This document shows, piece after piece, positions 26,622 to 38,420 of a DNA stretch of 64,000 nt; position 1 is the stretch's first letter; each line of letters starts with the position of its first letter. The translations under genes and the position numbers were made by a program. The stretch lies in contig NC_068982.1 in assembly GCF_001194135.2 (NCBI RefSeq), positions 114,708,026 to 114,772,025 on the forward strand, in the 5' to 3' direction. This DNA comes from Octopus bimaculoides. Its lineage: Eukaryota. Below the pieces are notes generated by a model. The model worked only from the letters and a program-made list of their open reading frames with translations, did no database searches and was not told the DNA's origin.

Positions 26622-27744
26622 GGTGGTGGTGGTGGTGNNNNNNNNNNNNNNNNNNNNNNNNNNNNNNNNNNNNNNNNNNNNNNNNNNNNNNNNNNNNNNN
26701 NNNNNNNNNNNNNNNNNNNNNNNNNNNNNNNNNNNNNNNNNNNNNNNNNNNNNNNNNNNNNNNNNNNNNNNNNNNNNNNNNNNNNNNNNNNNNNNNNNNN
26801 NNNNNNNNGAGGAGGAGGAGCAGCAGCAGCAGGAGGAGCAGGAGGAGCAGGAGGAGCAGGAGGAGCAGGAGGATGAGCTGTTTAACTACAGTTCATCTCT
26901 GAACTGGCTGAGCAGATATAAAAGCGTTCATACATATTGTGTCAGGATGCAAATTGGTGCAGACATAGTTAACATAGTTATATTGTTAAAAGTTCGTTTT
27001 GCAATCATGTAATTCTGGATTTTCACCCTACCACATGGTATCGTAGGCAAGTACCTTCTTCCAAAGCCTTGGGTTGACCCAGATTTTTTGTGAGAAATTG
27101 GACTGATGGAGACCGTGAGGAAACACTCCAAACTATTTCGCGTATTTGACTTAATCCGCCACTACATTTAAAACCAATATCTAACATTTAGGTATCTTTG
27201 ACGGAGTGGCTTTTGTATCAAACATTTGGTCTCCCGGTAATTCCTTAGTCGTGACTCCTTCTCCTTCTACTTCCCCAGTAGTGTAACTTAAGTGAAGCGG
27301 GGGCAGACCGTCCCAGACGACGCTTTTATAGGAGTGGCAGTTTCGGGTCTGCTGTATAAACAGTATAGGCTTGGGGATCCAGAGGCCAGCAAACACAAAG
27401 GCTGAACCGGGTGGCACATACTCTAGCTACGCCACTGCTATTCCCGAACGCCATAAGTGGGAGCCCTTCAAAATGAACGTGGGCATTGCTCTTTTACATC
27501 TGACTAAGCCAATACATTGTGTGTTCCCTTTTTAAGACGGCAGAGGGTTGTTTTAAGGTGATTTGGCTGCTATTTCTAGTAGGTTGTGTCCACTTAGAGA
27601 TTCCATTTATGGTTCGTCGACAACATAGTTTCGGTTGTCTATTGAAACTATTTCATTCCATCTACGCCATTGGTGCTGTTAAGAAAGCCTTGAACATCTA
27701 CCAATACCTTAAATATTCAAAGTTCCACGCCTATCTGGAGCAAT

Positions 27745-28150
27745 AGGAAGACATGGTTGTGTGGTTGTACGTGGTCTTGTGTTCAGTCTCGCTAGGTGAT
27801 ACCTTAGGCAGGTGACTTCTGCTGTAGCCCTAGGCCGACCAAAGCCTTGTGAGTGGATTTGGTAGACAAAATTAAAAGAAGCCCGTCGTATATATTGTGT
27901 GTATGTATGTATGTATGTATAAATGTGTGTGTGTATCTACGTGTGTGTCTATGTTTGTGTTTGTCCCGCTTGGTAACTGGTGTTGGTTTGTTTACATCCC
28001 CATAACATAACGGCTCTGCAAAAGAGACCGATATAATAAATACTAGTCTTCAGCCATAAGTATCAGTGTCAAATTGCTCGACTAAATCTTTCAAAGCAGT
28101 TCCCCAGCATGTCCGTAGGCCAATGACTGAAAAAGGGTTACAGATAAAAG
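27745..28150 (+). mobile_element. SINE family B (tRNA-like head, internal TG/TA microsatellite)
   Basis: GGAAGACATGGTTGTGTGG...CCAAAGCCTTGTGAGTGGATTTGGTAGAC...AAGAAGCCCGTCGTATA. Homologous to 45410-45590 and 46850-47235, with partial copies near 1740-1900 and 43860-43990. Confidence 0.75.
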
Positions 28151-28439
28151 ATCCAATTCTGATAATTACAACACCATACTGATTTAAGAGAGATAATATA
28201 TCAATAAAGTTCCCTCAAACTAAAACTCAATTTGTTATATTACACTTCCCCTTTACAACTGAAATGAAGACTTTTTGGCTTATTGAGATACTGGTGATTT
28301 GCAAATTTAGACAGAATATGAGATTCGGAGTAGATGCATAATGATATTGTAAGCATGTATGATCAATAATACTTTTAGTATTATCAATAATAATTGAAAC
28401 CCTTTCATCCTGTCCTCTTAACGGAAATTGCTTCACAAG

Positions 28440-28790
28440 TAACATTATCTATAGCGTAACTGTAACAACGAAAACTACCACACCAATCACAGCCACATAT
28501 ATAGGATCAGCAGCAAATCGGTTCAAAACATGATACAACCAACACACGTACTTTCCGCAATCCAAACAAGAAAAATGATACTTCACAATTTAAATGTACA
28601 TGGACACTAAAGTTAAAAAAAGAAACAGTTAAGATTTAATTGGAAATACAGTCCCAAACAAAAACCATGCAAAATAAAAAATCTCTGTACCGCTGAATCC
28701 TACCAAATACTCTTCTTTGAGACCCAAATACTAAACTCTGAGTTAGTCTCTTCCTACAAACGCAAAATCTTTGAAACTCTAAGATGTCTC
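28440..28790 (+). mobile_element. Penelope-like GIY-YIG endonuclease relic
   Basis: Reads ...TATYIGSAANRFKT*YNQH...WKY...PCK...LCTAE...LNSELVSSYKRK, matching the YIG...FK.RY..H / LC..E / LN.ELxS pattern of PLE endonucleases. Contains stops and frameshifts. Confidence 0.55.
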
Positions 28791-29319
28791 AAGCCTATAA
28801 ATTTTTCTAATGGTTAAACATGAAAACTAGCACTCCTTCTACCCTACATTAAATAATAATTCTACCAACAACAGACACTATGGCTTTTTACTCAAAGACT
28901 CTACTACGATTAATTTCGATAACTATCAACTACAATACCCACAAAAACTTTCTACCTAATGACCCATTTGAAAAATGAACGAAATAGAAGAATAAGTATC
29001 CCTGTGTATTACACTTTTAAAGACGTGTATTCAAAGAATTTTATATACATCTCCATATATTCCTACCGATAATGCCATACATCAAATACCAAGCCAATCA
29101 TATGCATACACGACTCCACATAGTTCACATATAAGGATGATCATATATATACCACGAGCATAAAGATTTATCCGGATATCTATAGCGGTACATGTCACTT
29201 ATTTTTTAAGGTAACGTAGATAATTTTACACAACTTTTTAGGGGCGTACATTCAGTAAATGCACTAACACACCTACGTGTGAATGAATATATATCTATAC
29301 AAAATTTAGGGAATGGAGT

Positions 29320-29423
29320 AGATAAAGTCCAGACTGTATGTTTCAGTCCAGATAAAGTCCAGACTGCATGTTTCAGTCCAGATAAAGTCCAGACTGCATG
29401 TTTCAGTCCAGACTGAATGTTTC
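29320..29423. repeat. 30-bp minisatellite, about 3.5 copies
   Basis: Unit AGATAAAGTCCAGACTGCATGTTTCAGTCC. Confidence 0.9.
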
Positions 29424-29984
29424 ATAGATAGCGTAAGATCAGAAGTAGTAAATTAACCAAACGTGGAGTAGACCGCTAGCTACTTTTCAAGCCAAGGATA
29501 CCTTGATTATATCAAGTTTACATTGTCGTTAGGAAATTCCATGTAAACTCATTGGGGATTCGATCGAATGAAGGACAATCACGCAATATCACTGTATGTA
29601 ATAATGCAAACAACAAAACCACCATAGATCAAGAACCTTTTAACAAGTTCAACTTTACGAGAATGAAGAACAACACAAAACAACAAGACCACAAGATATA
29701 AGATTCACAGACAAAAAGCATATCAGTCATATATTTTCATCACTAGCTGCCTAACAGATATTACTATGATTTCGATACACATGTATGCATATGCATAGTT
29801 AGATCACTTTATAAAGGTATGTGTATGCATTTGAGGATGAGTGGATATGCATATGAGTGAACTGAAGTATGCATGCATATGTATAGTTGTAATATATATG
29901 TGTGTGTATTTGTATAACATATATTTGTGTACATTTTGTGGGTATACATACATTTGTATATACACAAATATATAAACATATATA

Positions 29985-30853
29985 CGTAGTCTGATCAATA
30001 AGTATTCGGACTGTTGCCATAGTAACGAAGCTAAAACACGCAGAGTGAGGCTGCTTGGCACAAATTGACCTTAAACCCTCATGTGCATGCGCACTAAGTT
30101 TTAACCTTCTAGCTCACTTCTGCTGTTTACAGCAGTGCTTGGAAGGAAGTTGTGTAACGTGTGATTGTTGCATTGACCACGACAAAATTGAGAAGAAAAT
30201 CTGCATCAAATTTTGCCAAAAGCTTTGCAATACCTACTCAGAGACCTTCCCAAAATTTTCAAAAAGTTTTCAGCATTCTCGACACAATCAAGGAGATCTT
30301 GTGCAGCTGAAACCCGAGCGTCTTTTTGGTCAGCTGAAAGCAGTTTGGCACAAACTTGGCGTCTCATACCCAAATCTTCACTGATAATGGACTGAAATGA
30401 ACCGTAACTAATCTGCACATCCTCTGATAACTCATGGATAGTGATTAGACGATTTCCCCTCACAGCTGCACGCACATCTGCGATGTTTTTCTCAGTTCTG
30501 CTGGTTGTGGATCGTCACTATCGACATTTTTTCGGTCATCTTGGAAACGTCTGAACCACTCGTACACTTGTGTGCGTCTCATACACCCTTCTCTATGCAC
30601 TTTCTGCAACTTTGCGTAGGTCTCTGAGCAGGTATCGCCATGACAACTTTCTCTGTCATGGTGAATGCAACGATCACACGCTACACACCTTCCTCCCAAG
30701 CACTACTGCAAACAGCGGAAGTGGGCTAAAATGTTAAAACTTAGTGCGCATGTACAACACTGTTCAGGGTCAATCTTTGCCAAGCGGCTTTACTCTGCGT
30801 GCTTTAGCTTCGTTACTATGGCAACAGTCTGGATACTTATTGATCAGACCTCA
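29985..30853. mobile_element. non-autonomous mariner derivative built from two 5' ends in inverted orientation
   Basis: TA on both flanks (29983-84, 30854-55). About 200-bp inverted arms starting CG(T/A)(A/G)GTCTGATCAATAAGTAT. Transposase N-terminal HTH fragments (...TQVYEWFRRFQD...; ...NRLITIHELSEDVQISYGS...LGMRRQVCAKLLS) on the minus strand, and IEKKICIKFCQKL on the plus strand. Confidence 0.85.
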
Positions 30854-30873
30854 TATGTATTTATACACGTATG

Positions 30874-30958
<85 letters not shown>

Positions 30959-30967
30959 GGAGAATTC

Positions 30968-31004
<37 letters not shown>

Positions 31005-34000
31005 AAGAATAACTTCAGTTAAATAAAGATTTTACATCCTCAATTTCAATGAGAGTGCTTAGATCAATCTGAGACCACGATAGAAGATATTTGTCTAAGA
31101 TGCGGCCCAGTGAGATTGCTTAACCATACGACAATGTCTATGCTCATCTTTTCTATCAATATCGTAATATATTTTTGAATAAACCCTTAAAAATATTTTT
31201 TTCTAATTGTCAACATTTTGACAGTTTCTCTGTAACATTTAATTACACATTAACCCGCTTCTATGAATCCAATTAAAATTTAAAGTAAGTTGGCTAATTA
31301 AAGAATAGCATTCCAGACTTTTCTACACAGCGTTTGTTTTCTTCTTTAGATCGCTTTACACTTAATTAAAGCCAATGTTTCGAAGTCTAAACATTTGATA
31401 AAGGAATTCTACTTCTGAAAATTCAATTAAAGAGTATCTCTCGCGCTAAAACTATTGTTATGTTTGTTTTTTAGATTGTTTTAGCCATAACGGCCAAAAC
31501 CATGCTGGAATGCTACATTCAGTTATATAACTAATAGTTTTATAAATCAGTAACAAAAATAACCGGGACATTGTGACGCTGAACTAAATGTCTTGTAGTA
31601 TTTTAGTTACACTTCTCAATGTTTAGTGAGTTCAAACCCCTGCGAGGATGACTTTATTTTTCATTCCTTTGCAGTTTGTATGACTGGTTTCTAACAGAGA
31701 AGCAGGGCCACAAACGTGTAAGGAGGAGTATGATTGATTATATCTTCTTCAGTATTTATTTTATCAACTCCGAAAAGAAGAAAATCAAAGTTGAATTTGA
31801 CACGTTTCGAAATAAATTAACTCTAATATACTGGGTGACATGCAAACCATATTGTGTACAAAAATCGATCTTGTGACAATTTAAAACATTACTACTGCCA
31901 AAAATAAATGCCAAGTCACTCTCCTGATGATGCTAAGGTCTTTCAGAAAAGCATAACCGTCGCACTTCCCATTATTACCCTTCCTCATAAAATTATGTAT
32001 TTACACCCAATCTAGAACTGCTACCACTACAACGACCTATGATCCATTATTTTTTTCTTTCATTTGGAGGAGGGTAGGTTTAACATGCTACTCAAATTAA
32101 ATCATCACCTGGTACTTCGATATCTTTAGTTTGAGTGGAAGGCCTGACATTTTATCCAATTTAATATCACCTCCTGATTCGTGGATGCTTTTAGTTTAGA
32201 TAGTTGAACTAACGTCCATTCAGTTTAACGCAATTATCGAGTTGCCAGGATGCCTCGGATTCAGATGGGTGACCTAATATGCTATCAAGATAAACACCAC
32301 CACTTGGTTCTTTGATTCCTTTAATTTGGATGGTTGACCAAACATACTACCTAGTTCACCATCATCTGGTCCTTGCGTGACTTTAGTAAAATTCACTTTG
32401 TTAGAAGTATTCGAACGAGACTCCTGATTACCTTCACGAGACTTCCTGATTCATTTTCCTTTCAGTCAATTATTAAACATGCTCCAGCCGAATAAATGCT
32501 GCATCAATCTCATTAGCCAAGAGGAAGCCTACAGAAGCCGCAACTCTCTTCTCTCGATTATCTTGAAGAATGAAAAAGGTCAGAGAAACAAATGTTAATC
32601 GAGATTAAGATTTAATACAGACATAAGTAAGCGTGGGTATGTATGTACGTATACATTGTGCATGTACACGTATGTAGCTGGCTGGCTAGATGAATGGATG
32701 GATGGATGTCTATCTCCCATCTATGACTTAAATCGATTTCCCAGAGGAAGAGTAGGCTCCTATTATTTTGACCAAAACCGTGGGGAAGACAACTCTTCTA
32801 GGAGAAAGATACTCTAAACTTCCAGTCAAAATAGTATTGGTCATTTTCCCATACTTGTCACCAGAACCTTTTATGGCAACCAAGAGAGTGGCAAAAGTTT
32901 TGAACAAACTTTTGTTATTTAAATCCAATGACATACAGATATTTCACAATGTGAAACAGGTATCACTTGACAAGATAAGGCAATCATCTTGTATGTATGT
33001 AAAAAGCATTCACAGCATAAGTTGACCAAGGAAAAAATTCGGTTGATGTTGTTTTTTCTTATATTATCAATATCAACCCATGGATATTAGATATTCTACA
33101 GATCAACTTCTTTCAAAATAAATTACTGATGTTAATTACTTAAAGATGCCACCCGATTAATTACAATTACATATATATATATTTTATATAAATACGCTAA
33201 TCTCACACATCTGCTCGTGCGTACAATATTGTGCATATACTGAGAGCCTCTCATCGTTACTTCGGTGAAGAACAGAAAAATATATGCTTCACTGAGGAGT
33301 TTTAATACAATCAAAACATGGCCAGAACTGTATTTGTTAAAAGGATTAAAATAATATTAGTCATTGAGTTAAAGTTGTCTTTACCTCACCAGATAATTAT
33401 TTCTAATTAGATTTTTTATAATCACTACATTATATATGTTAATAGTAATTTAATCTACCTAAATAATGGAGAACTATCACTTTATTGGAGGAGTGCATTA
33501 TGTTGCTAAGACAACAAAATATTCTACCCTCCGTCATTTCTAGTTTACAAGGAGAGTTAGGTACATTATTTAAGGATACAATAACAGTACCTAGAATACT
33601 GTATGGCATTATAGCCAATCAGCACATTTTTTTCCATTTATTATTTCTGATGGTACTATAACAGTTGGGTTCGATCCCACGTTTTGCCGCATAGAAATCA
33701 CAAGTTGATCATGTGCGCAAACCCAATTTCAGTTCAATCAACAGTTTTTGTTCACGTGATAGTCTGGTGGCATGACTAGAACCTTCAGTAAACAGAGCCT
33801 ACAAATACAGCTCATTTGAACGCAAAAACTTTAGATTGGGAGTTCACTCTCAACAACTAGCGATAGGTGAAGAACACACCACGGCAACAACTATGTACTG
33901 ATGTATAAAAATTAGCCCTGATGGTGAATTTCTGACGAAGACTTTCCGAACTTGTAATATACGTCATTTCATCTGAATATTTCTCTTCTTGCACTACATG

Positions 34001-35384
34001 AACACTACCTGTACCTGTATTAATGTAACAATAAATATGTTCATATAATTAAAACGAACCTTCTCCCTGAATATGCAATAGTACTATAATTATCAGAATA
34101 TAAGCTAGCGTCAGTGAGAACATGACAATTAGTGGGACAAAAATTTACTAGATCCGCAAAATAATGAAGTGTGTCTAACCATAGTTTTCCTTATACTCCT
34201 CATACAAATAGTCTACTTTGTACCTGATAGCTTCTGTTAAAATGGGTCACTTAACTGACTATTGTTATTCCCAAAATTTCCTGTGATAATTTTTAAGATT
34301 TGCCCATCACACTTCCCGATAGCTCTCATAAATTTTGCTATTCAATTAGTGTCAGTTACTTGATCAAACTTTCACTGATATTGTATTTTTTATTCGTGGT
34401 ACTTTTGTCTTCCTCTGAGCAATAGACCGTGTAGCATTCCTTCAATTGTTTTATTGCTTTTACTTTATTTGTATTACTTCTCTTTCTGTGCTTGTTTGTT
34501 TGTTTTTTAATAATTCGCGCGTTAAAATCAGATAAATCTTTTGAGATGAGGGGAAAAATCAGGAAGTCTTTGATCAAACTGTAACTCGTACAAAGACTCA
34601 AAAGAAAATATAAAATTTATTGTTTCATGTAAAATTATCTTCATGGACAAGAATTTTGTAATAGGCAGAAAGGAAATTAATGACTTTCACAGATGTTGGT
34701 TCCTGGTTACCTCAGACATATTTCTACTTATTGATTGCTGTACTGTTTCACTCGACATGACTGCGAACAGTTTTATCGACCAATCACTCCTCTCAGAACC
34801 TTTAAAAGCTAATAAATCTCATCAATTGATGTCAACCTGACTACTAAACTTACTCACAGCATACTTCAGGGCAAAATTTTACAGATTCACTGATATTAAT
34901 ATGTCATATCCCTATTTGTTGTCGATTTAAGGACATCGACCTCTGCATAACAATGCAAGTTTAGTTGCAACATGTAACATTACAAAGATTCTTATATCAA
35001 TATATATACATACAACGAGAGTCAAAGGTAATATAACAGAATAGACATATTTGTTGCAGCAAAAATGTATATCTTCTATCTTTCTTTTATTTGGTTCAAT
35101 CAATAGACTGCAGCTATGCTGGGACATCGCCTTGAAGAATTTTAATCGAACGAATTGGCCCCAATACATATTTTTTTAACTTAGTACTTATTCTATTGGT
35201 TCATTTTACCGAACCCGAATATCAAGGAACCTTTTTATCCTCATCATTTTTCACCATCCTCATCATTTTAACATCCACTTTTCCATCAAAAGTGTGTCAG
35301 CCACAACCATCCAGTCTTTCCTTTTCAGAGATTCAGTGATACAGCATACAGACCACATTGTCTAATCTCTTTTATAGTATAAGC

Positions 35385-35770
35385 ACAAGGCCAGAAGTTC
35401 ATGGGGAGGGGCTAATCGATTACATTGACTCCAGTGCTTGACTAGGCTGCTATTTCTAGCTTGGTTCATTTTGTTTTGTTTGAAGCAGGGGCAGAGTTTT
35501 TCCTATATTTTTTATTCATCCTCACCAGACTAAAAAGTATCTTTGATATTGTTATAGCCATCAATATTGTTTCACCCCAAGTCAGAAACAGTTTCACCTT
35601 GATCAGAAATCAAGCAGATCTAAAAATCCCTTTTGCTACAGGCACAGCGCCTGAAATTTCCGTAAGGATGAAAGGCAAAATCGACCTCGGTGGAATTTGA
35701 ACCCGCAACGTGTAGCCAGAAGAAATGCCGCTAAGCATTTTGTCCGACACGCTAACGATTCTGCCAGTTC
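35385..35770 (-). mobile_element. SINE family A interrupted by about 200 bp of unrelated sequence
   Basis: Tail at 35385-35450 and head/body at 35655-35770, separated by non-SINE sequence. Confidence 0.6.
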
Positions 35771-36301
35771 GTAACCTACTACATTAGCCATGACTCACTA
35801 ATTTAGCTAAATAGGTGCAAGGGACGGTCCGGCCTTGAAGCCTATACTTTTTTTTTTTCTGTGCCTCACTTTTTTATGTATAATGTGTTTGTCATTTTAC
35901 AAACACAAGGGCCGCTCTAAACAGCATAAACACTCCTTGTGACACTGAAGTGATAATCTCGTCTTTTTAATGATCTCTAAGATAGNNNNNNNNNNNNNNN
36001 NNNNNNNNNNNNNNNNNNNNNNNNNNNNNNNNNNNNNNNNNNNNNNNNNNNNNNNNNNNNNNNNNNNNNNNNNNNNNNNNNNNNNNNNNNNNNNNNNNNN
36101 NNNNNNNNNNNNNNNNNNNNNNNNNNNNNNNNNNNNNNNNNNNNNNNNNNNNNNNNNNNNNNNNNNNNNNNNNNNNNNNNNNNNNNNNNNNNNNNNNNNN
36201 NNNNNNNNNNNNNNNNNNNNNNNNNNNNNNNNNNNNNNNNNNNNNNNNNNNNNNNNNNNNNNNNNNNNNNNTTTTATTTGCTTTTTTCATTTTAAATTTG
36301 C

Positions 36302-36592
36302 TTTAACCCTAACCCTAACCCTAACCCTAACCCTACGGTTAGGGTTAATTGTTTCAGAATCGTTTGTTTATGTAGTCGGCACTTAATGTATATCGGCTGA
36401 ATGGACGTCAGTGATTGGTTGAAATTACAGAAATACGACAACTTTAACATGGAATAATTTATGGATTTCTTTTTTTTTTAAGAAGACTAAGAGAAAAAGA
36501 TGTTTTATATGACACATTCTACCAGTGTTCCAAGTTTCAAAGTGTTTCGTTAATGAAAAATGTGGCCCCCGTTTTAAAAAAGATCCGTCCTT
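36302..36592. mobile_element. second (right-half) copy of the telomere-repeat foldback element
   Basis: (TAACCC)n, then GACGTCAGTGATTGGTTGAAATTACAGAAATACGACAA, AAGAGAAAAAGATGTTTTATATGACACATTCTACCAG and AAAGATCCGTC, all shared with 11013-11723. The left half is probably in the gap 35986-36271. Confidence 0.75.
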
Positions 36593-36837
36593 TCTTATTT
36601 GAAGCAGTAAGTTGTGATTTATGGTAGATTTAGCCGCCACTTCTAGGAGATTGAGCAATTACAAGGTCCCGTAAGTGGTTCATTGCAACTTACATATTGA
36701 CAAATTATACTGAGTGTATTATATATAATATAATAAATAATTTCTAACGTTGGGTGAAGGCCATAATTTTGTAAAGACGAATTATTTCTGTAAGAACTTC
36801 CAGATATTAATTGTTTCAATAATTATGATAGAATGAA

Positions 36838-37130
36838 GGCAACAAGGTGGTAGAACCGTTAGCATGTTATGCAAAGTGCTTAGCGGAAATTCGTCCGTCT
36901 TTACGGTATAAATTCAAATTCCGCTGAGGTCGACTTTGCCTTTCACCTTTTCGGAGGTCGATAAAATTATCGCTCTTTGAACTCCCCGATCGATGTAATC
37001 GATTTATACCCCTCCCCGAAACTACTGGCCTTGTGCCAAAATTTGAAATCAATAATTATGATAGAATGAAAGTGGCGAGCTGGCAGAATCGTCAGCATGC
37101 TGGGCAAAATGCTTAGCGGCATTCTTTCTG
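36838..37130 (+). mobile_element. tandem SINE family A copies with a 22-bp direct repeat
   Basis: TCAATAATTATGATAGAATGAA at 36816-36837 and 37049-37070 precedes each SINE head. Confidence 0.75.
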
Positions 37131-37519
37131 GTCCGTACCCTCCCCTGTCGCCGTTAAATAGATTACTGGAACTTCGGTTACTATGACTAGACCTGAGACG
37201 AATACTGAAGAAGTTTCCCGTTGCCTTCTCCAAGTAGGTAGGATTTGAACTCAGAATGTTGAGAGTCGGAAAATATACCATAAAATCTTTCTGCAGATGC
37301 GCCAACGATTCTGCCAGTCTCCCACCCGCAAAGGTACGTAAAATGAAGTGTTTTGTTCAAGAACACAACGCGCCGCCCGGTTGAGGAATCGAACTCACAA
37401 TTTAGTGATCGTGGGTGCAACACTCTAAACACCAGGCCACGCACCTTGACCTGAAGAATTTTACCATACAGGTAATCAGTGATTTCATCAGCCACCAAAG
37501 ACACTAGAACATCAAGGTG

Positions 37520-38420
37520 AAATAGGTTTCTTTATTAGCCACACAGGGCTCAACACAGAGGGGACAAAATACAAATGTAGAGTTTTTCTTTTCGAGGGGA
37601 TCGAAAACAAAGCAGAAAAAAAACAAAAGTGGGGACAACGATGAAAAAAAACATCGCAAAACGTTTGGGGTATTTACAAAAAATACGAAATAATACAAAA
37701 AATTCCCAATAAATGGGGAGGTTATCCGTGGAAAGAAAAACCTACGAAAAGACCACGGTAACCTCGGTCTTTAGCGTCACAGTTTGTTAAATAAAATTTC
37801 TTTTATTTAAGCAAGAAACGTGAGTAACTCTCTGTTTACAAAATTTTAAAACGTTTTATNNNNNNNNNNNNNNNNNNNNNNNNNNNNNNNNNNNNNNNNN
37901 NNNNNNNNNNNNNNNNNNNNNNNNNNNNNNNNNNNNNNNNNNNNNNNNNNNNNNNNNNNNNNNNNNNNNNNNNNNNNNNNNNNNNNNNNNNNNNNNNNNN
38001 NNNNNNNNNNNNNNNNNNNNNNNNNNNNNNNNNNNNNNNNNNNNNNNNNNNNNNNNNNNNNNNNNNNNNNNNNNNNNNNNNNNNNNNNNNNNNCACCAGA
38101 TGCATTCTTTGGCCATAGCCACAAGTACGATAAATACAGCTCTTCCTTCCCGTTTAAAGGAAGGAGGCGTGACGATATTGACGATAGACTCGGTTGATAA
38201 ACCGACTCGTCCCACACGCGACAGCAGTCGTTCGACATAAGCCCACAGCTCCGAAATGGTTGGACACTGCACGAGTGCGTGCAGAACGGTTTCATCGCTC
38301 TGACCGCATCTCGGGCAGGTCGGCCCCGCATTTCGCGAGCCGTGTCTATAGAGCTTATCCCGAACGGGTAGCGCCTCTCGAGGTGAAATAACGACTTATT
38401 GTACATAGAACCCTCTTTCT
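37520..38420 (-). mobile_element. 5'-truncated Tx1/L1-clade LINE (ORF2 C-terminal zinc knuckle plus 3' UTR), spanning a gap
   Basis: Minus strand REALPVRDKLYRHG...CPRCGQSDETVLHALVQCPTISELWAYV (C-x2-C-x7-H-x3-C, zf-RVT type). The 3' end has AATAAAGAAACC near 37530. Confidence 0.8.

Noticed and set aside
32728-32934. Minus ORF with kinase-like words (VAIK, GSLEYLSP)
   Set aside because: No Gly-rich loop, HRD or DFG, the motif order and spacing are inconsistent, and there is a stop just upstream. Treated as chance.
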